47,154 nucleotides of DNA from assembly GCA_018398765.1 (NCBI GenBank), contig JAHBMJ010000441.1, positions 1-47,154 on the forward strand, in the 5' to 3' direction. Shown here in pieces: positions 1 through 13,594 of this stretch (position 1 is its first letter; the number at the start of each line of letters is the position of its first letter). The translations under genes were made by a program, and so were the position numbers. The notes beneath the pieces are model-generated. The model was given only the letters and a program-made list of their open reading frames with translations. It did no database searches and had not been told where the DNA came from. Origin of the DNA: Chromera velia. Taxonomy: Eukaryota.

Positions 1-1577
1 GGGGGGGGGGGGGGGGGGGGGTTAGCTTGACTCTTCCTCGCCCTCCTCCTGCCTGCCTCCCTGTGTCTGCGTGCGTGCGTGCGTGCGCGCATGCGTGCGT
101 TGGTGATGCCCCCGGAATGCGGTCTGTCTGGATTGATTCTATCGATTGGCTGACTGACTGAATGACTTCTTGAACTGAATGCTCGCTGTCCACAGAGGAA
201 GAAAGAGACGAGCGAGAGAGATCTGGTCGGAGAAATTTCAAGACATGAAGGAAGGAAGGAAGGAAGGAAAGAAAGAAAGAAAGCAAGGGGGTCCATGAAG
301 AGCAGGGCCGAGTGAGGAGGGGGGGGAATTTGCGAATCTAGAGAAGAGAAGGAGGAGACCCAAGAAGGCACAGTTGAGGAGACTCCGGAAAACAAAGGAA
401 GGAAACAAGAGACAGAACGACGAAAAGAAGGTTGCATGGATATGTTTAAAGGAAAGAAAAGCAAAAAGAAATCGCTAGCTGTGTGAAGAAGTGGGAGTTC
501 CCCCTCTCCACTCCTCTCGATCTTGGCCGAATTAAGCGTGCGACGTCATCTGAGAGGAGGGGAGAGAGAAGATTGGGGAGGTCAGAATGGAAACCAACAG
601 AAAGGGATAGCCCTTGGTGCCCTCCCTCCCTCAGTCTGTCTCTGTCTCTGTCTCTCTCGTCGTCCTGCAAGCAAGCAAACAAGCAAGTCCTCAAAGAAAG
701 CTGGTGCTTGCTGCATGGGTGAATTCTCCGGAAGGGAAGAAGGAAGGAAGTCCACACGGGATGGGATGGGAGGGGGGGCAGAAAGAAGAGGAGAGCTAGG
801 AGATTGCTGGGCAGCTCTTCTGGTTGGACGTACTGACTTTCCGGCAAGCGAATTCAACAGATAAGATAATAGAGACATATAATATGTGCATGGTTGCAAA
901 GTCGTTCATCGAGAAAAATAAAAAAGAAAGAAAGGAGACGGATGAGTTTGGAAGCTGGAGAGAGGAGAGGGTATTTATTGTCTTGTCTTGTCTTGTCTGT
1001 CGGACCGGCCGAACGAGAGGGTAGTCTGGTTCTTCTTCCCTCAGGCCGCACAGAGACAGACAGACTGTCATCCATGAATCCTTTCCTACCTGTGTCCCTT
1101 CTTGTGAATCCATCACGGAGAGCGCACAGAGGTAAGCACAGAGAAAGAGAGAGAGAGACAGAGATAGAGATAGAAGGAAGTGAGGCCGCTCATGAAAGGA
1201 CGAGCTGATAGATTTTCTGCCCGTCTGTCTGTCTACTCTACTCGTCTTTCTTCTTTGTTCTTCATTTGTGCGGACCTGAGTCAGGATGTCTGGATGAATG
1301 AGAAGGGCTTCTCGTGCAGGAGGAAAAATAGTCGACAGACAGGCAGAGGAAGGAAGGAAGGAAGGAAGGAAGGAAGGAATGAAAGAGGAGGGAAGGATTT
1401 TACTCGGGAAGTTTTTCTTACTTACGGTCTCTGCTCATTTGCCGCTTGTTTGTGTAGACTGGTTTAAGCTGCATGCATTGCTCTATGGCTTTTGTATGTA
1501 GGATTTCATGGTGAACGTTCTTCCTCCTCTCCCTGTTTTAAGTGTCCGCTTATCTGCCCCGCCTCTCTCTTTTTCTG

Positions 1578-1609
<32 letters not shown>

Positions 1610-2799
1610 TGCCACTTCTCTGTGCCAGTCGGATTTATCCACATGTGCAATTATGTGATGATTCATTCTGCTTCGATGAACAGAAGAGAAGAGAAGCATC
1701 GATGCATGATCTCTCTCTGTCCTTCTTTTTCTTCTTTCGCGTTCTTCTCCTTGTTTCACTTTGTTTTTCTCTGGATGAAGTGTCGTTCGAGTGCGTTTGA
1801 TGTTGTTTGGATTTGTGCTCTCTCTCTCTCTCGCTCATCCTTCCTTCCTTCTCTGCTTGCTGAAGTCCGTCCTTTCTTCTGTTGCACGCTTCATTTTCTT
1901 CATTCATCATTCATAATAAAGCTCCTTTCCCTTCTTTCTTTCCTCTCTGACCCTTTTTTTGTTTCCTTCTTTCTTTTCTTCCTTTTCCTGTATCCCTCTT
2001 TCTTCTTTGCTTTCTGTTCCTCCTCCTGCTTCTTTCCTATCTTCTTTCCGTTCGTTGGTTCTTTCTATTTTTCTTTCTTTCCCTCTTTTTTTCTCTTCCC
2101 TTCTTTCGTTCCATCACACGGCAGGTCTGACAGACAGTTGAAGGACGACAAGTAAACGTGGGGGGGCTGCAGAGGTGGGGGGGAGGGGGGGGGGAGGTGA
2201 AGGGCGGGTGCGGCCACTGAGCGCCGCGAGCGGGTGGGGGGCCGATTTTCTCTGCAGTATTTCTTGTTTGAAAAATGCATTCGTCCTTCAGTCACTTCAT
2301 TCTCACTGTCCGTTTGGCTTGCTCTCCATATCCTCTTCATATCCTGCTTTCCATGCCATCCTCCTGCCTTCCTTCCTAGCTTGCTTGCTTGCTTGCTTCG
2401 ATGGTCCGGTTCTTCATAAATCTGTCGAGTGCGTGTGTTCTTCATATGAAGGTGAGAGAGGAGGGTCTGGACTGTTCCCTTTCTTCTATCACTGGCTGCG
2501 TGTGCTCATCTGTTTCATTGTCGTGCACTCTTTTTTGTGATCCTTCTCTCCTCTCTCTGTCTCCTACTTGCCGGCTTTCTTCCTTTCTTTGTGCGTTCGT
2601 TCGTTCGTCGAATTGTTTTTCCTCTTTCTTTTCGTAGAGAAGAGAAGGAGTGACCTTACTTTCCCTCATGTTTGATGTATGTGTGTACTTTCTCGTTTTG
2701 ACTCTTCATTTCTCTCTTTCCTTCTTTCCTTGTTTCTCTTCTATGTTTTTCGTTCGCTTCCTTCTCCCTCCCTTTCTTCCTTGCTTCCCTTCCCCCTCC

Positions 2800-3005
2800 T
2801 CTCTTTCTTTCTTTCTTTCTTTCTGTCTTTGTTTCTCGTCTTTGTTTATTTTTTTCTTTCTTTCTTTCTTTCTTTCTTTCTTTTCTTTCTTTCTTTCTTT
2901 CTTTCTTTCCTTCTTTCTTTCTTTCTTTCTTTTCTTTCTTTCTTTCTTTCTTTCTTTCTTTGTTTCTTTCTTTTCTTTCTTTCTGTCTGTCTGTCTTTCT
3001 TTCTT

Positions 3006-3047
<42 letters not shown>
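2800..3047. repeat. (CTTT)n / (CT)n microsatellite
   Basis: Directly visible simple repeat. Confidence 0.9.
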
Positions 3048-3048
<1 letters not shown>

Positions 3049-5346
3049 CGTGGAGTGAGGGGAAAGAGAAGGCCCCCTTCCATTCGCGGGGGGGCTCCTT
3101 CCTTCTTTCTCTCTCCCCCTTCCTCTCTCTCTGTCTTTGTCCCTCCTTTTGCTCACCCACTCACTTCCTGTGTTTGTCCAATGCCTTCCAACATTTCGAT
3201 TATCGACTTGTGAATTATCCTGCCTGGCTGGCTGGCTGCGTGCATTTTGTATTGCCGAACGATCGATGCATCGTCTCTGAAACCCACTCAGGCGGAATGA
3301 AGGTCGGACGTTGAGGCTTTGCTGTGCAGCAGGATTTGCCTCTATGTCGTGTGTACGTACCTCTTTTTTTTTTCGAGGGCGCTGCTTGAATGAAGGAATG
3401 AATGAGCTCCGGCCGTTAGACGAAACAAAGAGTTCGTTGGTGGACACAGTTAAGCGTCCTTAGAGACCATATCGAAATCGGTTCACGAACAAGAAGAAGG
3501 AACGAACAGTCATGGGGATGCGTCAAGACGCAGACGGAGAAGAAATAGAAAGGGAAAATGGGGCTTTGGAATGAAGTGACATTTTTTTCGATTGAGCAAG
3601 ACAGACCGTGCCAACGACAAAACGGTCTTACAGGTGGCCGGGTCTGCAGGCAGGCAGGCAGGCAGGATGGGTGTCTTCCCTTCCAACAAATCCATCCGTG
3701 CATCGATCGAGACTTTCTTTCCCTTCTCCCGCACTGTCTACCTCTATAGGTGGTGAAGACATCAAAAGAGCCTGCCTGCCTGCCTCTCAGACTGATCACG
3801 CACAAAAAGGAAAAGAGTGAATGAATGTGCAGAAGGAAACGATCGAGACTTTCCACTCCACATCAACAACTTTCCATATCTACAGCTGCTTGCATGGCTT
3901 TGTTTGTTTGTTTGTTTATCTCGGTCTGACAGAAAGAGGGTCCAACGGAATCGATCGGCGATCTTCCCTTCCCTCTCCTTCCTTTTCTTTCTGCATGCAA
4001 GTCTTTCCACCCAGCTATTAATACCTGCGTGATGCTGCAAGGTTGAAGTACACCACCGATCGACCGTGTTCATCTAGACTGGATGGATGGACTGCATGCA
4101 TGCATGCAGAGGAGCGATCGGGAAGAATTGCATGGAAAGAAAGCTGAGTGAACGTTTGCTTTCCTGGCGTATCGGTGTATCTGCTTATTCAACTACCTTT
4201 TGCGTATGGTGCCGAATGAAACGGTCTTTCCCGCCTCTTACTATTGAGTGGTGTTGGCTCTGCCTGTTCAGTGACGAGAGACATTCATAGAGACTTACAT
4301 GCAGAGGCAGAGGTCGACGAAAGAACTGTTGTCACGTCACTTGACATGATGGACATCACACACGTACCTGTTGACCTGTGTGACACCAAAAAGTGGTGTC
4401 CACAGCATCACGTAACGGATTCACGTTCTTTTCGATTTCGTACGTTCTCGGAGCATACCAATGAGTTGATCAGAAGATTCCATGCAAAAAAAAAACTCGG
4501 TGTAGTCCACACAAAAAAATGGCTAGAAAAATTGGTATACTCGATCTGCAAAAAGTATTTGAAAAGTTGTCAGAAATCGAATAGTCTGAATAGATTATAG
4601 AGAATGAAATTTTTAAAAAAGTGATACAGAAGCTAGTATTATGATGGTAGAAAAATGATAGAAACTCCTAGGAGAAGATTTATGTTCCGAATGTTCCCCG
4701 GGACCCCGTCGGCGCCGTCGCCCGTCGCCTAGTCATGAAACCTCAAATCAAGCGCTAGATCAAGCGCTGTATGTGTTCTTTTTTCCTTACACTAGATGTA
4801 AAGATCTGAAACAAACCATAAATTAACCGGCTCACTAGCTTAGACGGCGAGTCTCTTATAGTTTGTTTCTATGTATATGAAATTATATATTTTTTAATAA
4901 TATCAATATATATAATTTGAATAAAACATAGAATAAACCAACATTACTGCAGACTTGCAGTGAATACTTGTACTAATGTAAAAGAGTTGCATGTTCAGTA
5001 ATTAAGTTCTTAATTTACTTGTTGCAATAAGTATACACACTAGAGTACTACTACACACTGCATGTAAAAGTATTATTTAAAAAATAGAACGTTAGAGGAT
5101 TCATGTATGCGGTACCATATGTGATTGAATACTGGTATTTTAGAGCCTGGCCCTAGGCCTAGCCCAACCGGGTTAATGGTGAAAGTCAATGATAATCATG
5201 AGTATCTCTTTAAATTTATATGCAATCATTCAAAAATTGAACTTCTTGTCTTATGCAGCAAAGTTTACACTGTTTGTGCTCAAAGAAATTTGCTTTAATT
5301 CTTTTCTCTTATTGTGTTGCTGACTCTTCCTAACTGCATCATATGC

Positions 5347-7129
5347 TTAAGAAGTCTGCTCTTCCTCCTCCCCTCCTTCTTCATTATTGTCTCCCTCACT
5401 CTTTTCTCCCGGTTTGTCCCCCGTTCCCTCCTTAACGGCCTCGTAGTGGCCGGGCGGGGAGTCGCCCTCGTCCTTTTCTGCTGGGGCCTCCTCCCCTGCA
5501 GGGCCTGTCTCGACCTCCTCGATCTTCGGAGGAGGCTTGCACTTATTCAAGTATCCGGAGTCCGCACGGCCCATGTCAACTCCCAGAGCCAGGTTGTAAG
5601 GAGTGCACGGGAATCCTGTGGCAAAGTTTACCACAGTCTGCTGTGCCCCGTCTGCATTGTCTGGACGCATCGCAACTGCCACCGTGGCTCCCTTCTCTGA
5701 CCCGTACAGGTCGATCAGTTTGTCCGAGACCAAGTAGTTGTCTCCCGAGAAGTACACACCCAGACCGCTGCATGAATGTGAGCAGGCAGGCAGGCAGGCA
5801 CATGTGTGAACGAACGTTCTTCCTTCATCCACACTAAAGGAAAGGATGTTAACGGCACGTGAGGATGTCAACGGTGTTGCTTGGATGGAGTGAGAGAAAC
5901 ATACAGACGACAGAGAAATAGGGACAGAGGAAACGAAAAGAGAGAGCAATGCAACTAAGGTTCTTAGCACCTGAAAGAAACACACCCAGTGCGTTTCTTT
6001 GTGAACCCTTCCTTCAATGTTGTGACAATCTCAAGGCACATTTAAGCAAAAGGCTCCAATGAGAGGAAGCACAAAAGGAAACGCATAGACTTTTTCTCTT
6101 TTACTGACTTTTGAAAAACCGGTCTTCTCTCTGCAGTGCTTTGGCTGAGAGAGCCCACGAGGGCATCTGCAGGGAATCCGGCAGCGCCCGGGAGAACGCT
6201 CTTCCACTCTTGGACCTTTCCTTCCGACTCCAAAACATACGAGTCGTGTGCAACGAAGAGTGTCGTGAGGCCTTTCTTCAACTCTGCACTCAGGCTCTCG
6301 AGCAGTCTGTCTGCCGGCATGTCGTGCATTGAGTGGGTCGCTCGGACGAAATCCTCCAAGTCGCTCAGCTCCCTCACTCCCCCCTCGGCCTCTTGCCGCA
6401 ATTGGCGGTTCCATGTCGCGATGAACCAGACCAGACCTGCAACCAACCAACCATACATTTACTTTCTGTATACACACATACATACATACATACATACATA
6501 CCAACCATACATACATACATGCGAAAAAGAATTCTGTATGAAAGTAAATCCATGTCGCGATGAACCAGACCAGACCTGCAACCAACCAACCAATTCATCA
6601 ATTAATTAATCAATCAGTCAATGAACAAAAATCTGAAGAGTGAAGAATATAAGTCGGTGTTGCGCCGGAGTAGAGTTAGAGTTGGAAAAAACGAACTTCT
6701 CTGCTGCCAGAATTGACGAATTTAGCTGACAAAGTGTTGAACTCAGCAATGGCAGAAGAGAGTGCAGAGGCTCGCAAAAAGAGAATCTCCCGGCGAAGAA
6801 AGAAATGCGTTGAACAATCCTGACTAGTAGAGGGCAACAGAAAGCTGGTCCGCGGGCTGAACCCCCCACTGACTGACTGACCCTTGAAGCATGTGCCGAA
6901 GTTTGCCGCGCTCGGGGACATATGGTTGCCCGGTGTGTTGGTTGTGTCCTGGTTGTCTTGCCAGTGATCATCGACCCCGACCCGGCACCCAACGTCCATC
7001 GGCGCCTCTTTGCCGTTCTGTGCCTTGTAGGCGAACCAGCTGCAGATACATAATCCATTCATGCATTCATGCAGCCATTCGTTCAGAAGAGTAGGCCACT
7101 CACTTCTTTTTCTCTTCATTGATTGTTTT

Positions 7130-7164
<35 letters not shown>

Positions 7165-7594
7165 ACATTTGTCCTGACGTCAGTCACACCGCATGTCGAC
7201 TTTCGTCCTGCTACCTGCCGTCTGTCTCTGCATGGCTTGCTTGAATGAGAGAGAAAAGACCCTGCGGGGAACAGAGCAAAACAGGAAGGGACAAAGCCGC
7301 AGCCATGCATGTACATCGATGATCCCATCAACTGACTGACCGATCGTCGAATCTGGAGACCCTCGTGTGTCCCATATTGTCGTTTGTGACCCAGTTGAAC
7401 GGGTCGGGGTCTTCCTGGAGTTTCTCTGCCCCCTTGTACAACGACATGATCGCGCCCCCGTCCGGCTGGGGGTAGGGCTTGAAGGCCGACACAAACATCT
7501 CTGTCCCCGCCATCTCGCCGCTCTTGACGATGTCCGGGTAGGACACAGAAGCCCATCCCGGGGCAGCAGAGACTCCGAATCTTCCCTCGCCTGC

Positions 7595-7630
<36 letters not shown>

Positions 7631-10600
7631 GTTTTTGAAGATCGAGTGTGTATCAAGCTAGAAAATGATTCGAAACTATATGCATATCAAGCCTCTCATT
7701 GGAGAAAGACTATGGACAGACTCGACGGCACCATGCAGGCATTCGAGAAAGGATTGGAAGGAGAAGAAGACAGCTAGGGGGATTGCTACAGGCCGGTGTA
7801 AGCACAACCCCCCCCCCCCCCCCCCCCCCCCCCCCTACCTCCACAGCTAACGAGAGGGGTCCAGTGGCCGTCCCTGCAGACGACCTGGCCAGAGGGAGGA
7901 CGCTCGTCAGCGTGGCCGCTCACCTTCCGGGCACATGTGACAGAGAGCTTTGAGCCCGGCAAGCCAAGAATGGGATTAGTAGACGGTTTGTACGCGAATC
8001 GGTCCTTCCAAGGAGGGCACATGCGCTCGCAACCGAGACGGACCTCCGACCAGACGACCGTCGACTTAGCAGGATCGTAAATGCATTGCATGGCTTGGAC
8101 AGCAAGACCCTTTGAAGAAACATACCTGCATGGATGCAGGGAAGGAAATTCAGAGGGGAAGGGAAGTGGAGAGGGAGGTACCGGTCAGACAGAAGAGAAG
8201 AACTCCATCAGAGAGCTAGGGCATCTTGTTTCGAAAAAGAGAAAACAAATGCTTTTGACAGAAATTGTCGCAGAAAACAAAGGTAGATGGACAGAGAAAG
8301 ATAAAAGATTAGACAGTCTGTTTTCAAGCAGATGAGAAAACTCCAAAAATGAATGAAATTGTTTGGTTCCGATTCGTTCAATTAGGGGTCTTTCTCGACA
8401 GAGTTTGTCTCAGGGTCTAACAAGAAATGAATGGGTTCTCATGGAGGAAGTATACTCATCGACACAAAACAAAAACTGGACATACGGCAAAGAAAGAGAA
8501 TGAGCCAGATGCAGCTAGGTGGGTATGTGAAAAATCTAGATAACTAACTTGACTGTATGAGGTCCGTCAGGGTTGCTCGTCTCTTCTCCTTCATCTAGAG
8601 CCTTTTGGTCTCTGCAGGAAACTTCCAACACCGCAACCGGGACTCTGCTCTGGGGTTTTGAGTTGGCAGGAATGCCAATGACCGTCTTGTAGACGTGCCC
8701 AGGTTTGAGGAAAGGCATTCCACATTGTTCTGGATCCGGGATGAATTTTCCCTCTGGCACCGTGACCACTTTGGGCACCTGTTGGGGTTTTTCTTTGACG
8801 AGAAGGCCCTTCTCAACGGAGGTGGGGTTCTTGTGGTTGGGGTCTGGGACTAAGTGGGTCTTGATGGCGTACTTCTCTCCAACCTCTATGCGGTCATCAC
8901 TGAGGGTGAGGACTCGTGTTTCCTCGCTCCACCTCTCCTGTAATTATTCAGTGGAAGGAGAAAGGACATTTAAAGAAGGAGGAAAAAGCAAAGTCAAAGG
9001 AGAGTATGTACGAAGAAAATAAAAGGAAGCAAACTGACAGCACCTTGGCAGATATGCTTCCCCCCCACGAAAAACAGAGGCAACTCCCTCCCACCTCCAT
9101 CTTTCTGTGTCCGGATTCTCTTCTCTTCTCTTCTCTTGTCTTCTCTTCTCTTGTCTTGTCTTGTCCTGTCGTCTCTTCTCTTGTCTTGTCTTGTCCTGTC
9201 GTCTCTTCTCTTGTCTTGTCTTGTCTTGTCTTGTCCTGTCCTGTCGTCTCTTCTCTTGTCTTGTCTTTTCCTGTCGTCTCTTCTCTTTTCTTGTCTTGTC
9301 TTATCTTGTGTTGACTGACCTGCTTAGGGTTGAAGGGCTCTCCCCCTGGTGGTCTCATCTCGGACTTAGCGTTTGGCTTCGGCATGAACCCGTCTGGAAT
9401 TCTCACGTTGGCGATTCCCTGTGCGTTGATGAGGATCAGTCTCTCGTTGGCTGAAAGACCGCACAGCGGGGAGGGACCGGATTTCGGAACTTTTTCGATT
9501 GCCAGATCGAGAGCGTATTTTGTGTCAGGAGTGAGCTGTTCCGAGATGACCACAATGTATCGGGTTTGCGCGTTGAAACTGGCAGCGGGACAGAGGGGGA
9601 TGCTGAAAGTCTCCTTTTCTCCAAGGTTGGTAAATTTCATTTCGGAACGGTCCTTCGGTTGTTTCCCCTTCGGGAGAGGTCCGAAAGTAATCTGCGCTCC
9701 TGGTGCCCCGTTTGCGAGTTTTTGTGCGTGTCCCTCAAGGGACACATACTCAGGCAGCTTCTTGGACGTGAACGGCATCGATGCTGCCATAGACTTCCCT
9801 GTGACTGCGTAGAGGTGTTTTGCCTCTGCATCCGCAATCGCGGAAGCCAAAACTTTTGCCTCGGCCAGATCGTGTTTGGCATTTCTGAGTCTCGCCTCTG
9901 CTTGGCTGAGACCTGCACGCGCATTCTTGACCCTTTCCTCAGCTGCCTTGATTCTATCGGGGTCTCCGCTCTTAAGGGCCTCCTCAAGTTCCTTCATGGC
10001 TGCGTCCAGCTCCTCTGAGGCCTTGCCGAAAGCTGCCTCTGCACTCTCGACCTCCTTGGCAAGCTTTCGAAGCTGCGCCTTGTAGGTCAACAGCGTCGTT
10101 CCGAGAATCTCAGCCTTGTACAGTGCCCCCTCGGTGACCTCCTTGTTGATTTGAGTCACAGCACCGTCCTTGGGGTCCACCTTCACCTGAAAGGAGGAAC
10201 GGAAGAGAGAAGAGGAGAAGACCCATTGATCTTTCGAAAAGCTCATGCACTCTTCAGTTTTGTACCTGGAATGAATAAGGAAACAGAAGGACGAAGTGAA
10301 GAAGGGGAAGAGAAAAAAAAAGAGACGAGTCGAGAGAGGAAAAAGGCGACGCTGCGAAAGCGCAAACAGCAATTGAGTCGTCCCGCACTCTGTGAAGTCA
10401 CAACAAAATAGTCAGGAAGAAAGGCACACTCTTCAGAATAGTGATTATGTTTCTCATAATTAAAGCACTATCTATCGTTGCACTGGGCCTACGGAGGGAC
10501 GGACAATAGAGTCGTCTGTGAGGTCCACATGGATGGACTTCGAGCCCTCGTCTGGCGATGTGGCATCGAAGGAGGTGTTCATCATCGGATGCCATTTGGG

Positions 10601-12185
10601 AGGGGCATCAATGGGCATCAGAGTAACGTGGTTCTCCTTCGCGGTTCCCTCAGCATTCACCGTCACGCGCTCTTCAGAAAGGGCGCCGTCGACGTTCAGA
10701 AGCACAGACACCTGATTGGACCAGAGAGAGAAGTGAGGGGATGGCATGGAGGGAGAACCAAATTGTTGTTCTGTATTATTAAGACGGCAAGAGAGCTTTG
10801 TTGCCGACATGAGAAAGAAAGAGACATCAATTTAGGAGACAGTGAGTGAGTCAGTGAGGGAGTCAGTGAGTGAGTGAGTAAGTGAAGGAGTGAGTGAAGG
10901 AGTGAGTGGGTGAGTAAGTGAGTGAGTGAGTGAGTGAGTGAGTGAGTGATAATGCTGCGGGGAAAATCTAGAGCCCCGCTCTCCTTCTCTCTCACCCACC
11001 TTGACAAGGAACGCGTCCAGGTTGTGTTGGGCCTCCTCGAGGTCCTCATCTGCACCCTTCACCTTGTTCCGCGCTGCTCTGAGGGCGTGGGCTGCCGCCT
11101 TGCACCTTGCCTTGTCTCCCGACTCGACGGCCTGCTTCATCTCCGTCTCTGCCCTTGCGAGGCCCTCCTCTGCCTCCTTGATTGCATCCATGGCTCCGTC
11201 CACCTCCGCAGTCAGACGTGTGATCATCTCCTTTGCAAGCACCTGGAGACACACACGCACATAGAAGTCAGTCAACGTGGTTTGGAAGAAGTGCGTGGAC
11301 ACTTCAAAGGCGCTCAGCGGTTTGTTGGGAAGAAGGAAGAAAGTTTGTCGGAGTTGCGAAAAACGAAACGGCAAAGCCAGGTTGTGTCATTAAGCTCGGT
11401 ATGTCCCGTACCTCGAGCAAGCACGCCTGTATTGAGTCTGAAGAGTCTAACATCATACGCAAACAGAACCCCCCATGCACGGACAAACTAGGAAGAACAG
11501 ACCCACCCACCCACCCACCTCTGCATGTCCCGGGATTCTTGCCTCGACGTACGACGCTCCTGAGGGCACGGCAGTGAATTTGAGGGTGACAGAGCGTCCA
11601 GATTCGTTCCAGAGGAAAAATGCGTCTGAGCTCATGTCCAGTTTCTGGGGGGTGTCTGCACCTTCACTGTCGGTCATCTCGACCTCTGCCTGGGCCTTTT
11701 GCTCCTTCGAGGTTGATGGTTTCCATGTGTCTGGCGCGTCTGCTGCAGAGAAGGTCTCTGCCTTCTGGATAGATCCCTTCTTCTCGACCTGCATCATGTA
11801 GCATTAATTCATTTTCATTTTGATCTTCGCGTTGATTTCGCTCATACCAGATCGAAGGAAAAGCAGCAGTCATTGTGCTCTTTGCCTTCGGACAAATATT
11901 TCTTCAGAGGCTTCTTTCTTGCTCATTTACGGACGGATAGGCAGAGAAACTAAAACAAAGCAGTACAAAGCTTGACCAACCCCTCACTTTTGTTTTTTGC
12001 AATGAATGGTGGGGGGTTGGTAAATGCATACGCTTCTTTGTTCTGCAACAATTTGATCGAGGCCGAAGAAGAGGAGGAACACTGATTCGTCGTTGCAAGG
12101 TCGTTGAGTACCCAATCTCCCTCCGTTGGAATTGGTTGAAAGTAATCCTAGATATGACAGGTACAGGAAGGAAGGGAGCGAGGAA

Positions 12186-12218
<33 letters not shown>

Positions 12219-13556
12219 AAAAAAAAAAGAAAGAAAATAAAAGAGAGAAAGTGAGTGTGCATATGGATAGCCAGACCTTCAAGGAGTATTCGATCTCCAC
12301 CCAGAGACGCCCAAGTCTGTCATCTGCCATGATGGCTTCCTTCCTCTTCGCCCACTCTTCAGGGCTCATCCTGCCGTTTGTCAACTCGATTGTCACCTCC
12401 TTTGTTCCTCTCACTCTGCCCTCATACGTCTGACCGGTTTCAATCCCCTCGTGCACCAGGTGCAGCATTTTCCCCTCGAGGTCCAGGACGTACTGCAAGC
12501 AATCACAGCAGGGGGAAGATGGAGAATACGTTTCCCTCAATATTCTTCAATACAGACTGCAATGCATACAGTGACTCCTTTTCCTTAATAAACTGGAAGG
12601 CAACATCCCCATCTCTCTTGTCCATGCATCGTGCCGCTTTTTTTGTCCAATTGAAAGATAAATTGTTGCAGCAAGAATAGAAAGGGACTCACTCGGGTGC
12701 CCTCCCTGAGACCTCAGCTGCTGCCCGCCTACCTGAGTCTCATCGCTAGGGTCCACCGAGAGTCTCTTTCTCTTGGCATCGTTGAAAGAGAAGCCCTTGG
12801 AAGCAGAGGGCTCCCAGGTATCGTCCATCTCTTTGAACAAATCGATGTCCAACTTGCCATCCTCCTCAGCCGTGGCATTCCATTTGAGGGAGGCAGACAC
12901 GCGTCGTACCTCCTTCTTCACCGTCAACGTCTGGATACCTGGCATTCGGCCTTCGTAGCGCATGCCGGCCTCGAGCTTGAAGTTGACGAGGTCCAGCGTG
13001 TACTTGGTCAGGTCAATCGAGAAGGCTTCAGGGTCGGCCATGTCGATAGAGACGGAAGTTTGGTCGTCTGCGAAAAGCTTCAGAGGCTCTGCTGTGTCGG
13101 GCTTCCACCTGAAGGCAGACAAGGAGGGCAGAAAGGACATTGACTTCATTCTCTCTGCCAGCTTCTGTCATGAAAATTCCAGATATGAAGGTCGGCACAT
13201 CTGTGAGGTGAATCAGTAGATCGATGAATCAAAACAGGCGTTCGTCGCTTTCAGGAATTCATTTCTGGGTGCAACAAACATGCAGTTGTTCTTTGTTGGA
13301 CTTGTTTGGAGGCGGACCTTGACGGCACGTCTGTGAGTTTGACGTGGAGGTTGCCCGCCCCGGTGGCCGACACTTTGCCCTCGATTGGCAGACTGAACGG
13401 AACGTCCTTCTCGTTGACCTCTGTCAGTCCGGGGGTGTCGGGATTTTCCCCCTCGGGGTACAGGGTGCGGAATCCCATCAACATGCCCTCGTAATGCGCA
13501 CCCTCCTGGAATCCGGCGGCTGTGCAGGAGACCTCCTTTGTGGATTGCTTCCAGTC

Positions 13557-13594
<38 letters not shown>

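Noticed and set aside
167..960. Possible minus-strand exons (e.g. 167-222 ISLARLFLPLWTASIQFK; segment ending at 664)
   Set aside because: Splice signals are plausible, but I could not build a phase-consistent chain or recognise a product. A gene may still exist here.
1508..3447. Long overlapping ORFs rich in F/L/S or K/E/R
   Set aside because: Translations of (CTTT)n and (CT)n microsatellites, which lack stop codons by composition.
12111..12150. Candidate extra micro-exon DYFQPIPTEGDW
   Set aside because: Direct joining of the flanking exons (EYSLK-VEKKG) matches the repeat consensus (EYALKIEGK) better without it.
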